64,000 nucleotides of DNA, taken from Bordetella sp. (GTDB taxonomy: Bacteria > Pseudomonadota > Gammaproteobacteria > Burkholderiales > Burkholderiaceae_B). Positions within the stretch are counted from its first letter, which is position 1. Every line of letters starts with the position of its first letter. The stretch lies in contig DASWPO010000093.1 in the NCBI GenBank assembly GCA_036404015.1, forward strand, positions 4,165 to 68,164, read 5' to 3'. Positions 9,532 through 20,200 of this stretch are shown here, in pieces. The notes beneath the pieces were generated by a model. That model did not search any database and was not told where the DNA came from. It worked only from the letters and a program-made list of their open reading frames with translations. The position numbers and the translations under genes are program-made.

Positions 9532-10902
9532 ATGGCTACCGAAACCCGGGCGCTGCATTTCAACCTGAACTTCATCAACTCCGGCACGCATAGCTCGGCC
9601 TGGCGCTGGCCCGGAAACGATCCCAGGGCCTTCATCGATCCCGACTTCTATGTGGCCGTGGCGAAGACCGCCGAACGGGGCTTTTTCGACGCGATTTTCT
9701 TCCCGGACAACCCCGCGCTCACGCAAGAGCCGAGGTTCCGGCCATTCAACGCGCTCGAGCCCACGCTGCTGCTGGCGACGATCGCCGCCCGCACCGGCCA
9801 TATCGGCCTGATCGCCACGATGTCGAGCACGCTCAACGAGCCCTACAACGTGGCGCGCCGCTTTGCCTCGCTGGACATCCTCAGCAACGGCCGGGCGGGG
9901 TGGAACGTCGTCACGACGGCGGACCGGGGCGCGTCGGCCAATTTCGGCCTGCAGGACACGCTGGCGCATGCCAGGCGCTACGCGCGGGCGGCGGAATTCA
10001 CCCACGTGGTGAAATCCTTGTGGGACAGCTGGGAAGACGATGCCCTGGTGGCGGATCCCGATTCCGGCGCCTTTATCGACACCCGCAAGATCTATCCCTT
10101 GAACCATCACGGAGAGTTCTTCGATGTGGCGGGGGCGCTGAACCTGCCCCGTCCGCCGCAGGGGCGGCCTATCGTGGTGCAGGCCGGAGGCTCCAATGAC
10201 GGCCGGGACCTGGCCGCGGCGCACGCCGACGCGGTGTTCACGCTGGCCTATACGCTGGAAGAGGCGGTCGCCTATACCCAGGATATCGATGCCCGCGCGC
10301 GCCGATTCGGCCGGACCCGCGACGACATCCGGATATTCCCGGGCCTGGTGACGGTGATCGGCGGCACCGAGGCGGAGGTCCGGCAGCGGCTCGAGGTACA
10401 CAAGGAGCTCTCGTCGTTCGAATACGGGCTGGCCCGGCTTGCGGGCTCGCTGCGCATCGACCCCAAGTCGCTGGCCCTGGACGAACCCCTGCCCAAGGAC
10501 CTGGCGCTCCATCCTGATCACAACCACACCTTTTTCAAGGGCATCGTCGAACTGGCCGCAGCCAAGGGCGGGCTGACGGTGCGCGAGCTGGTCTACCACC
10601 AGCTGGGCGGGACCAGCCACCGGATCATCGCCGGCACGCCCGAGCAGGTGGCGGACGATATCGAGACATGGCTACGGTCAGGCGCCATCGACGGCTTCAA
10701 CGTGATGCCGGACGTGTTGCCTTCGGGGCTGGACGCTTTCGTCAATCACGTCATTCCCGAGCTGCGCCGGCGAGGCTTGTACCGGGACGGTTATCCATCC
10801 CACACCTTGCGCGGCAATCTTGGGCTGGATCGTCCGGCCAACCCGCGCGCCGGTCAGCCCTCCCTGGCCGAGCAGGAGCACGTGGCGGGGCAGTTCTTCT
10901 AG
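9532..10902 (+). CDS. NtaA/DszA/SoxA-family FMNH2-dependent monooxygenase (LLM class)
   Basis: EPYNVARRFASLD..SNGRAGWNVVT, PQGRPIVVQAGGS, VIPELRRRGL motifs. Confidence 0.93.
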   Translation: MATETRALHFNLNFINSGTHSSAWRWPGNDPRAFIDPDFYVAVAKTAERGFFDAIFFPDNPALTQEPRFRPFNALEPTLLLATIAARTGHIGLIATMSSTLNEPYNVARRFASLDILSNGRAGWNVVTTADRGASANFGLQDTLAHARRYARAAEFTHVVKSLWDSWEDDALVADPDSGAFIDTRKIYPLNHHGEFFDVAGALNLPRPPQGRPIVVQAGGSNDGRDLAAAHADAVFTLAYTLEEAVAYTQDIDARARRFGRTRDDIRIFPGLVTVIGGTEAEVRQRLEVHKELSSFEYGLARLAGSLRIDPKSLALDEPLPKDLALHPDHNHTFFKGIVELAAAKGGLTVRELVYHQLGGTSHRIIAGTPEQVADDIETWLRSGAIDGFNVMPDVLPSGLDAFVNHVIPELRRRGLYRDGYPSHTLRGNLGLDRPANPRAGQPSLAEQEHVAGQFF

Positions 10903-11130
10903 CCCAAGGGCCGCACGCTGCCGGAAACCCGGATGCTCGCGCCGGGCTCGGGCGTGATTTCCACGCGCAGCCGGCTCGGCATGCCCATGTCCGACTTTCG
11001 CCGCAATGGCCTGCATGGTGGCGCAATCCGGCAAGGCCTGGCAGATGACGACGCCTGCGGGATTGCCGCCCGCGTCGCCGTCGGAAAACGCGGCCAGCCG
11101 GTCTACGGTGAGTTCGTGTGTCTGTGGCAT
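10899..11130 (-). pseudogene. PhzF-family isomerase pseudogene with large internal deletion
   Basis: N-terminus (LAAFSDGDAGGNPAGVV...MQAIAAKVG) joined out of frame at ~10991 to a PhzF-like C-terminus (DMGMPSRLRVEITPEPGASIRVSGSVRPLG*). Confidence 0.8.
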
Positions 11131-11220
11131 GGGTGTCAAGGTGTAGTGGGCGGTGGCGCGGGCGTGCGGCCCGCGACTTGGCACGCCACACGTTGCATGG
11201 GGGGTGAAAAGAGGGTTATA

Positions 11221-11239
11221 AATGATAACTATTCTTATC
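11221..11239. promoter_or_regulatory. Putative Fur box
   Basis: AATGATAACTATTCTTATC, 14/19 match to an AATGAGAATCATTCTCATT-type Fur site; AT-rich patch in GC-rich DNA. Confidence 0.6.
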
Positions 11240-11419
11240 CATTGAGATCAGGCTCATCAGGAAAGAGCCTGGCTCGTACCGGCCGCCGAACTTCCCGTGC
11301 CTAGGCTAGGCACACGCGCTACAGCGACCGCCACGGCCGGCTGCGCGGCTGTATGCGTCGCGCGGGCCGCAGATTAATCATCCTAAAGGCTAGTGGAACT
11401 CCCTGCTAGAACAATACTC

Positions 11420-11608
11420 ATGGATTCCGATCAAATAGATGCCCCGGCTGGGGGCGGCAGGCCGTGGATCCGCGGGCGCCAAGTCCTTGGCGATGGGGCA
11501 ATCAGCGCGCGGTTTCGCCAGGCGTTATGGTTTGTTCTCTTGACCCTTGTGTGGCTTGCGATCACCGCGCCCTTGTTCATCCTCGCACTGCAGGATCCGC
11601 TGTCGTGA
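11420..11608 (+). CDS. Small hypothetical membrane protein (62 aa)
   Basis: C-terminal hydrophobic helix (ALWFVLLTLVWLAITAPLFILAL); fills the gap up to the convergent lysR stop. Confidence 0.4.
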   Translation: MDSDQIDAPAGGGRPWIRGRQVLGDGAISARFRQALWFVLLTLVWLAITAPLFILALQDPLS

Positions 11609-11611
11609 ATG

Positions 11612-12526
11612 TCAGTACGCCATCTGCACCATGCTCGAGAAATCGCAGTTCTCGATGGCCAGTTGCGTAACCGAAGTCACCAGGGCGCTGCGCCGGTCGC
11701 GCTTGTAGGCCGCCACGTAGACCGACGGAGGAAGCGGCTGGGTGGCCCTCACAACGTCGAGCGTGCCGGCGCGCAGCAATGGTTCCATGCTCTTCAAGGG
11801 TAGGTAGCTCAAGCCCAGCCCGGACACCGTCAAGGCAATACGCCCCACCAAGCTATTGCAGACGATGAGGCGCGCCGGACGCACGCCCATAGTGCGCAGC
11901 CAACGCTTGTATACCAGTCCAGTACCCGCGGTCAGCCCCTGGATGATCAGCTTGTGGTCGGCCAGCTCATTGAGCTTGATCGGCGTGCCGCGAGCCACCA
12001 TGCCGGGTTTGCACATCCAGGCAAGCTCGACCTTGCCGATCGGCTCGAAATTCAATTGCGCGTCCTCATGGTCGCGAAAGACGTCCGGCACGATCATGAG
12101 ATCGACTTCATCAGCCAGCAGTTTTTCACGCAGGTTGACGCTGATATCGATATGGGGCTCGATCGCCACGCGGGGATATTGCGCCTGGAATGCCATCGCC
12201 AAGCGGGGCAGCCAGGTCATGGCCGTGAGCTCGGTGACTCCGATGCGAATCTCGGTTTCCAGCACGCTGGCCTGTGCGAACCGTTCGACGGCTTCATCGC
12301 GCTGCAGCAGCAGTTGCTGCGCCAGCCTGAACATCTGCTCACCCCGGGGAGTCAGCCGCGCATTACGGGAAGTGCGGTCGAAAAGTTCCGTATCGAAACG
12401 ACGTTCCAATTCCTGTATGCGTTTTGAAATGGCGGACTGCGTGGTGTGCAGCTCCTGGGCTGCCTGGGCAAAACCGCCCGCACGCGTCACCCAATAGATA
12501 GCTTCGAGCTGTTTGAAAGTGATCAC
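11612..12526 (-). CDS. LysR family transcriptional regulator
   Basis: MITFKQLEA..HTTQSAISKRIQELE HTH; divergent from Bug/CoA-transferase operon. Confidence 0.93.
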   Translation of the reverse strand: MITFKQLEAIYWVTRAGGFAQAAQELHTTQSAISKRIQELERRFDTELFDRTSRNARLTPRGEQMFRLAQQLLLQRDEAVERFAQASVLETEIRIGVTELTAMTWLPRLAMAFQAQYPRVAIEPHIDISVNLREKLLADEVDLMIVPDVFRDHEDAQLNFEPIGKVELAWMCKPGMVARGTPIKLNELADHKLIIQGLTAGTGLVYKRWLRTMGVRPARLIVCNSLVGRIALTVSGLGLSYLPLKSMEPLLRAGTLDVVRATQPLPPSVYVAAYKRDRRSALVTSVTQLAIENCDFSSMVQMAY

Positions 12527-12693
12527 GACATAGTCCTCGAATAAAGAGGGCTGCCAGGAGGGCTGCCTGATTTAATCGCTTTTTGGAATGCTATTTGATA
12601 GAAATAAATCGCTTTTCTTATTTTCTCGCAAATTACAGAATGCCTCCAATTCAAATCCCCCGGGAACACCCGGGGAAACAACAAGGAGACAAT

Positions 12694-13662
12694 GTGAAAA
12701 GCATTTCGCGAAGCTTGGCGCTCGTCCTGTTCGCCGTCGTGGCGTTGAACGCACGCGCTGCCGGTTATCCCGACCAGCCGTTGCGCTTGATCGCGCCCTA
12801 CGCGCCGGGCGGCAACATCGACAGCACCGCCCGTCTGCTGGCACAGGGGTTGTCGCAACGGCTGGGCCAGCCTGTCATTGTCGAAAACCGCCCCGGCGCC
12901 GCAGGCGTGGTGGGTTCGGAAGTCGTCGCCAAGTCGAAGCCCGACGGCTATACCATGGTGCTGAACTCCACCGGCGCGCTGGCCTCGGCGAAAGTTCTCA
13001 ACCCTGGCCTGAAGCTGGACCCGCTGAAGGATTTTGCCGCGGCCGCCACGGTGTCGCAGGCGCCGATGGCGCTCATCGTCAATCCGGCTCTGCCGGTGCG
13101 CAGCGTGGCGGAACTGATCGACTACGCGCGCAAGCGGCCGGGCAAGCTCACCATGGCCTCCTCCGGCATCGGTACGTCGGCCCATCTGGCCGGCGAAATG
13201 TTCCAGCAAATGACAGGCGTCAAGTTCCTGCATGTCCCGTACGCGGGCAGCAGCCAGGCCGTGTCCGACCTGGTGGCGCAGCGCGTCGATCTGACTTTCG
13301 ACCAGCTCACGTCGACGCTGCCCCTGATCAAGGCCGGCAAATTGCGTGCCCTGGCCGTCACCACGAGCACACGCAGCATCTTCATGCCCGAACTTCCCAC
13401 GCTGGAAGAGTCCGGCGTGCACGGCTTCGAGATGAGCACAACGACGGGCCTGCTGCTGGCCAAGGACACGCCACCCGCCATCCTGGACCGGCTCAACCGC
13501 GACAGTGCGGCGATCCTGAACGATCCCGCCGTCAAGGACAAGATGCTGCTCTTGGGCGCGGCTCCGCTGCCCGGTTCCGGTAATGACTTCGACCGGATGC
13601 TGCGTGGCGAAATCGAAAAATGGACGCGCGTGGCCGACACGGCCGATATCAAACTGCCCTGA
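12694..13662 (+). CDS. Bug/TctC tripartite tricarboxylate transporter substrate-binding protein
   Basis: YPDQPLRLIAPYAPGGNID, VENRPGAAG, PDGYT, HVPY motifs; GTG start after GGAG. Confidence 0.95.
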   Translation: MKSISRSLALVLFAVVALNARAAGYPDQPLRLIAPYAPGGNIDSTARLLAQGLSQRLGQPVIVENRPGAAGVVGSEVVAKSKPDGYTMVLNSTGALASAKVLNPGLKLDPLKDFAAAATVSQAPMALIVNPALPVRSVAELIDYARKRPGKLTMASSGIGTSAHLAGEMFQQMTGVKFLHVPYAGSSQAVSDLVAQRVDLTFDQLTSTLPLIKAGKLRALAVTTSTRSIFMPELPTLEESGVHGFEMSTTTGLLLAKDTPPAILDRLNRDSAAILNDPAVKDKMLLLGAAPLPGSGNDFDRMLRGEIEKWTRVADTADIKLP

Positions 13663-13683
13663 GACTAGCGAAGAGACCCCAAT

Positions 13684-14895
13684 ATGCAGCAAGACACCAA
13701 CACGCAGGGCCCGTTGGCCGGTATTCGTGTACTGGAACTGGGAACCATGATCGCGGGCCCGTTCTCGGCGACGCTCCTGGCCGATTTCGGCGCCGAAGTC
13801 ATCAAGGTCGAACAGCCGGGCGTGGGCGACCCCATGCGTAATATGAGCCCATTCGTCAAAGACGAGAGCCTATGGTGGAACGTCGAAGGGCGTGGCAAGC
13901 GCTCGATCACGGTCGACCTGCATGTCGAAGACGGCCAGGAACTGGTCCGCGACCTGGCGGTGCACTGCGACCTTCTGGTCGAGAACTTCAAGCCCGGAAC
14001 GATGGCGCGCTGGGGACTAGGGTTCGAGCGTTTGCACGACCTGAATCGGCGCCTGGTGATGATGAGCGTCTCCGGCTACGGCCAGACCGGCCCCTATGCC
14101 GGCAAGCGCTCGTATGACCGCATAGCCCAGGCTTTTGCCGGCATGTTGAACGCAACTGGCTTTCCGGATCGACCGCCGGTGCGGCCCGGCTTTTCCATCG
14201 CCGACTTCGGCACGGCGGTCTTTGGGGCATTTGCGGCCATGATGGCGCTCTACCACCGCGACGCGCGCGGCGGCCAAGGGCAGCATATCGATGTCGCCAT
14301 GTATGAAGCCATGTTCCGGCTAACCGAGAGCATGGCCATCTCGTACGACCAGCTTGGCGCCGTGCGCCAGCGCCGCGGCAACCTGAACGCCGGCGCGGCC
14401 CCGGGAGACCACTTCCTGACGGCTGACGACCGCTACCTGGTCTTGACTATCTCCAACAACGCGCTCTTCGGCCGCCTTTGCGAAGTCATGGGCCAGCCCG
14501 ATCTGCCACGCGATCCACGCTTTGCCACGCATGCCGAGCGGGCGGCGTACCTTCCCGAGATCAATGGCATCGTAGGAGACTGGTTGCGCACCCTGACCGC
14601 GCAACAGGCCGGCGAGCTGCTCGACGCGGCGCAACTGCCGTACTCGCTGATCTACAACATTGCGGACATCTACGCGGACCCGCACTACGCCTCGCGAGGC
14701 GCCATCGCCACCGTGGACCATCCTCGGCTGGGGAAATTGCGCATGCAAGGCATCGTGCCACGCCTGCTGGGCACGCCCGCCCCTGCGCTGCGCCCCGCTC
14801 CCACACTGGGCCAGGATACCCGTGATGTGCTGACGAGCCTGCTGGGAATGACGCAAGCGCAGATCGAGCAACTGTATGCGCAGAAAATCATCTGA
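13684..14895 (+). CDS. CaiB/BaiF family CoA transferase
   Basis: GPLAGIRVLEL..IAGP..LADFGAEVIKVE, ENFKPG, SGYGQTGP, GQHIDVAM. Confidence 0.95.
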   Translation: MQQDTNTQGPLAGIRVLELGTMIAGPFSATLLADFGAEVIKVEQPGVGDPMRNMSPFVKDESLWWNVEGRGKRSITVDLHVEDGQELVRDLAVHCDLLVENFKPGTMARWGLGFERLHDLNRRLVMMSVSGYGQTGPYAGKRSYDRIAQAFAGMLNATGFPDRPPVRPGFSIADFGTAVFGAFAAMMALYHRDARGGQGQHIDVAMYEAMFRLTESMAISYDQLGAVRQRRGNLNAGAAPGDHFLTADDRYLVLTISNNALFGRLCEVMGQPDLPRDPRFATHAERAAYLPEINGIVGDWLRTLTAQQAGELLDAAQLPYSLIYNIADIYADPHYASRGAIATVDHPRLGKLRMQGIVPRLLGTPAPALRPAPTLGQDTRDVLTSLLGMTQAQIEQLYAQKII

Positions 14896-14908
14896 GGAAA
14901 CAAAAGTC

Positions 14909-16066
14909 ATGGGTCCGCTCGCCGGGGTGAAGGTTCTTGAAATGGAGGCATTGGGACCCGTTCCTTGGGCGGCCATGATGCTCTCCGACATGGGAGCAGA
15001 CGTGCTGCGCATCGACCGCCCTGATGGCGGCCGGCCGGATCCGTTAGGCCCGCGCAGCGGGCAGGTCATGCTGCGCGGGCGCCGCTCGCTGGTGCTCGAT
15101 CTCAAGCAGCCGGGCGGCGGCGAAGCGGTCCTGGAGCTGGCCGCGCGTGCCGACATCCTGCTTGAGGGCCTGCGCCCCGGTGTCATGGAGCGCCTGGGCA
15201 TCGGCCCCGAGATCTGCCTGGCCCGCAATCCCGCCCTGGTCTACGGCCGTATGACCGGTTGGGGACAGCATGGGCCGCTGGCCCAGCAAGCCGGCCACGA
15301 CATCAACTACATCGCCGCTGCGGGCGTTCTGCACACCATCGGCCCGCACGACGGTCCACCGGCAGTGCCGCTGAACCTGATTGGCGATCTTGGCGGCGGC
15401 GGCATGCTGCTGGCGCTCGGCGTCGTTAGCGCACTGCTGCACGCCCGGGCATGCGGCGAGGGCCAAGTGGTGGATGCGGCGATGATAGACGGCTGCAATG
15501 CGTTGATGGCCTCGGTTTGGGGGCGTTTCGCCGCGGGAGCGTGGTGCGACGAGCGCGAACGCAATGTGCTCGATGGCGGCGCTCCCTTCTATAGCGTCTA
15601 TGAAGCGGCGGATGGGAAATGGTTGGCCTTCGGCGCCATCGAGCCGCATTTCTATCAAGCGCTGCTCGATGGCCTCGGGCTGTCCGGTGAAACCTTGCCC
15701 GCCCAGCATGACCGCACCGCCTGGCCCGACATGCGGCGGCGTATTGCCGGCATCGTCAGGCAGCGCAGCCGCGATGACTGGTGCGCAATCTTCGCTGGTT
15801 CAGATGCCTGCGTCACGCCAGTGCTTTCGCTGGCCGAGGCGCGCGAGTCGGCCCATCAACGCGCGCGCGATGCCTTTGTGGCCATCGAGGGCGTCATGCA
15901 CCCCGCTCCGGCTCCCCGCTTCTCGCGCAGCGCCGGCGCCATCGTCCGGCCGCCGTGCGCGCGTGGCGCGGGCGGGGCAGAGGCGCTGCGCGATTGGGGC
16001 TTGGATCCTTCCCATCCAGCGCTGCGCCAGGTCTGGAACCAACCCCCCTCTGGCAGGGAATCCTGA
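14909..16066 (+). CDS. CaiB/BaiF family protein, alpha-methylacyl-CoA racemase-like
   Basis: GPLAGVKVLE, RPGVMERLGIGP, GHDINY, LDGGAPFY, PAPAPRFSR. Confidence 0.92.
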   Translation: MGPLAGVKVLEMEALGPVPWAAMMLSDMGADVLRIDRPDGGRPDPLGPRSGQVMLRGRRSLVLDLKQPGGGEAVLELAARADILLEGLRPGVMERLGIGPEICLARNPALVYGRMTGWGQHGPLAQQAGHDINYIAAAGVLHTIGPHDGPPAVPLNLIGDLGGGGMLLALGVVSALLHARACGEGQVVDAAMIDGCNALMASVWGRFAAGAWCDERERNVLDGGAPFYSVYEAADGKWLAFGAIEPHFYQALLDGLGLSGETLPAQHDRTAWPDMRRRIAGIVRQRSRDDWCAIFAGSDACVTPVLSLAEARESAHQRARDAFVAIEGVMHPAPAPRFSRSAGAIVRPPCARGAGGAEALRDWGLDPSHPALRQVWNQPPSGRES

Positions 16067-16187
16067 GCCACCGGTTGCCGGTGCGCCTGGCCTTGCGCTG
16101 TCGCGTTGGGTCCAGTCCATCCCGCGCTCAGGTCCGGCAGCCGCATCGATAGGGTGGACTCGCGTCTGCGGCGTGCGACATGCAGGG

Positions 16188-17090
16188 CTATCCCTCAGCC
16201 GGGATATCGGAGTCGTTAAGCAGCCAGGCCCGGAAAGCCACGAGCGACGGCAGCGATGTATTGCGCGGCGGATAGACGAGGTAGTAGCTGCGCCGGCTCG
16301 TTACGGCGTTGCCCACCATGACCAACTGGCCCTGCTGCAGTTCGTCTTCCACTAGTACCCGGGGGACCAGTCCGATGCCGATGTCCGCCATCACGGCTTG
16401 TATCAGGTGCGATGTCAGTTCAAAGCTGGGGCCAATGCGCATGCCGCGGGGTGTCAGGCCGTGATGCCCGAGCCACTCGTTCCAGCCCTGGGGGTGGGTA
16501 GCGACACTCAGCAGCAGATGCGAGCCCAGGCTTTCCTGCGTCAACCGCAGTCCGGCGTCGATGGCCGACGGACTGGCGATCACAACCTGTTGCTCCGTGT
16601 GCAGCCGGTGCGCAGTAAGGCCTGGCCAGTCATCGCTGCCGACGCCAATGGCGGCGTCGATGCCGCTGGTGTTGAAATCGACGGCGCGTATCCGGGAATG
16701 CAGGTGGATGAGCATGCCGGGATGCGTGGAGTAGAAGTGATGCAGCCTCGGCAGCAGCCATTTCGAACCGAACGTGGGCAGCGTGGCAAGCCGCAGCGTG
16801 CCCCTGCCCGAGCGCAAGGCAATGGCTTGCAGCGTGGCGCCGCGTATCTGGTTCAGCGCGGGCGAGAGCTCCTGCAGGTACAAGCGGCCGGCGTCGGTCA
16901 GTGCCGCATTCCGGCCATCGCGGCGGAACAGTTCGACGCCTAGCAGCCGCTCCAGCGCCTGGATCTGCCGGCTGACGGCACCCTGGGTAAGGAACAGTTC
17001 ATCGGCAGCACGGCTGTGGCTTTCGTGTCGCGCGGCGGCTTCGAAGGCTAGCAATTGCGACATGGAGGGGACGAGTTGGCGTGGATTCAT
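16188..17090 (-). CDS. LysR family regulator (GcvA-like)
   Basis: LLAFEAAARHES..LTQGAVSRQI, KWLLPRL; TCATG-N9-CATGA dyad at 17087-17105 over its start. Confidence 0.93.
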   Translation of the reverse strand: MNPRQLVPSMSQLLAFEAAARHESHSRAADELFLTQGAVSRQIQALERLLGVELFRRDGRNAALTDAGRLYLQELSPALNQIRGATLQAIALRSGRGTLRLATLPTFGSKWLLPRLHHFYSTHPGMLIHLHSRIRAVDFNTSGIDAAIGVGSDDWPGLTAHRLHTEQQVVIASPSAIDAGLRLTQESLGSHLLLSVATHPQGWNEWLGHHGLTPRGMRIGPSFELTSHLIQAVMADIGIGLVPRVLVEDELQQGQLVMVGNAVTSRRSYYLVYPPRNTSLPSLVAFRAWLLNDSDIPAEG

Positions 17091-17288
17091 GCGTAAAGAT
17101 CATGATTGAGGGGAATAATATTCGCTTGTCGGAAAGTTGTGTGTTACTGAAGAATAGCAGTAAGCATGATTTATTTGCCATGATCCACAGGCGGGAATTT
17201 TTTCTGCTTGAATCAAGGATCATGCATTTAATACATGAATCCGGGGCGGCGTCGCTCTGGGTCTTGCTTTCTTTTTGGCTTTTTCCGC

Positions 17289-20200
17289 ATGATTTCCCGA
17301 CTCGCTCCCGCTGTTTCTCCCAGCCAGCCGTACCGTGTGTTTCTCGATGCGTTGGCCGCCAGCGGCTTTCGCGGCGAAATCGACGCCGGCGCAGCGATGC
17401 GCACCGTGCTGGCCACCGACAATTCCATCTACCAGCGTTTGCCCCAAGCCGCCGTTTTTCCCCGCGATGCCGAGGACGTGCAGTCCATCGCCCGCCTGCT
17501 GGCTTTGCCCGCGCATCGACGCGTCGCCGTCGCGCCGCGCGGCGGCGGCACCGGCACCAACGGGCAATCGCTGACCGACGGCATCGTGGTCGACCTGTCG
17601 CGTCACATGAACCGAATCCTGGAGATCGATCCTGCTGCGCGCAGGGTGCGGGTGCAGGCCGGCGTCGTCAAGGATCAGCTCAACGCGGCGCTCCGGCCGC
17701 ACGGGCTGTTCTTCGCGCCTGAATTGTCCACCTCCAACCGGGCAACGATCGGCGGCATGGTCAATACCGATGCCAGCGGGCAGGGCAGTTGTACCTATGG
17801 CAAGACGCGCCACCACGTGCTCGCGCTCGATTGCGTGTTGCTCGGCGGCGAGCGGCTGGCCAGCCGTCCGGTGGCCGAGGGCGAGCTGGCCGCGCTGTGC
17901 GCCGGCGCGGGCCGCGCCGGCCAGGTCTACCGCACCGCACAGCGTATCCATGCCGAACGGGCGGACGAGATCGCGGCGCAGTTCCCGCGCTTGAACCGCA
18001 GCTTGACCGGCTATGACCTGGCGCATTTGCGCGAACCGGACGGCCGCTTCAACCTGAACAGCGTGTTGTGCGGTTCGGAGGGGTCGCTGGCCATGGTGGT
18101 GGAAGCCACGTTGAACGTGCTGCCGATTCCCCGCCACACGGTGCTGGTCAACGTGCGCTACGGCAGTTTCATGGACGCGCTGCGTGACGCCCAGGCGCTG
18201 ATGGCCCACCGCCCGCTGTCGATCGAGACGGTCGATTCCAAAGTCCTGATGCTGGCAATGCAGGACATTGTCTGGCAGGGCGTGGCGCAGTATTTTCCCG
18301 AGGACGGCGCGCAACCCGTGCGCGGCATCAACCTGGTGGAATTCTGCGGCGACGATCCGGCCGAGTTGCGCTGGCGCACCGAGGATTTCCTGGCCCATCT
18401 GCGGGCCGACCACAGCGTGCTGCGCCTGGGCCATACGTTGGCCGAGGGTCATGCCGCGGTCGAGCGCGTCTACGGCATGCGCAAGCGCGCCGTGGGCCTG
18501 CTGGGCAATACGCCCGGGGAGCAGCGTCCGCAGCCCTTCGTCGAAGACACGGTGGTGCCGCCCGGGCATCTGGCCGATTACATTGCCGAATTCCGCGCGC
18601 TGCTCGACGGCCATGGGCTGGAATACGGGATGTTCGGCCACGTGGACGCCGGCGTGCTGCACGTACGGCCGGCCCTGGACATGAAGGATCCGCGGCAGGC
18701 CGCCCTGGTGCGGCCGATTTCGGACGCCGTGGCCGGCCTGACGCGCAAGTACGGCGGGCTGCTCTGGGGCGAACACGGCAAGGGCGTGCGTTCGGAATAC
18801 GTGCCCGACTTCTTCGGTCCGCTGTATCCCGCCTTGCAGGCGCTGAAAGCGGCTTTCGATCCCGCCAACCAGCTCAACCCCGGCAAGATCGCGACGCCGG
18901 CCGACGGCGGTGCGGCCCTGCTCAGGATAGACGGCGTGCCGCTGCGCGGCGAAGCCGACAGGCAGATTACGCCGGGCGTCTGGCTGAGCTACGGCTCGGC
19001 CATGCACTGCAATGGCAACGGCGCCTGCTACAACTTCGACCCGGACGATGCGATGTGCCCGTCCTGGAAGGCCACGCGCGACCGTGTCCATTCCCCCAAA
19101 GGCCGGGCCTCGCTGATGCGCGAATGGTTGCGCCAGCAGCAGGCCGCCGGCGCCGACGTGCTGGCGCCGCGCCGGGGCTGGCTGGCCGGACTGCCGGCGC
19201 GTTGGCGCAACGACTGGGCCAGGCGCCGTGGCGAGGCGGATTTCTCCCATGAGGTCTACGATGCGATGGCCGGCTGCCTGGCCTGCAAATCCTGCGCGGG
19301 GCAGTGCCCGGTGAAGGTCAATGTGCCGGCGCTGCGCGCCCGCTTCCTGGCGCTGTACCACACCCGCTATCCGCGCCCGCTGAAGGACTACGTGATCGGT
19401 TCGATGGAGTACACCGTCGCCGGTCTGTCGCGCCTGCCGCGCCTCTACAATGCGATCATGGGCGCTGCGCCAGTGCGCGCCGCTCTGGCGCGCCGTGTCG
19501 GCCTGGTCGACAGTCCGCTGTTCAGCGATCTTGACTGGCGCGGCCATCTGCGCCGGCTGGGCGTGAGACCGGCCACTGTGCGGCGGCTCGCTGCCTTGAC
19601 CGAGGCACAGCGCGCGCGCAGCGTGGTGCTGGTGCAGGATGCCTTCACCCGCTATTTCGAGACGCCGGTGGCGGCTGATTTCGTCGAGTTGGCGGTGCGC
19701 GCCGGCTACGACGTATACGTAGCGCCTTTCCTGCCCAACGGCAAGCCTCTGCAGGTGCACGGCTTTCTGGATGGCTTCGAGCGAGCGGCCCGGCGCAACG
19801 CGGTGCGGCTGCGTCGATTGGCCGACTGCGGCGTTGCGCTGGTCGGCCTGGATCCGGCCATGACACTGACCTACCGGCAGGAGTACCCGCAAGTGCTGGG
19901 CGAGGAATCCTGCCCGCGCGTGCTGCTGCCGCAGGAATGGTTGGCCCAAGCGCTGCCGGCGCGCGGCGGCCGGCCGGCCGCCGCCCTATCCTACCGGCTG
20001 CTGGCGCACTGCACCGAGCGCACCACGGCGCCGGCCAGCGCGGCCCAATGGCGAGCGGTCTTCGAGCGGGCCGGGTTGTCGCTGGCGCTGCAGGCCAGCG
20101 GCTGCTGCGGCATGTCCGGAACCTATGGGCACGAGGTCCGCCACCTGGAGACCTCGCAGGCCATTTTCGCGCAGTCCTGGAGCGCTTTCGTCGATGCCGC

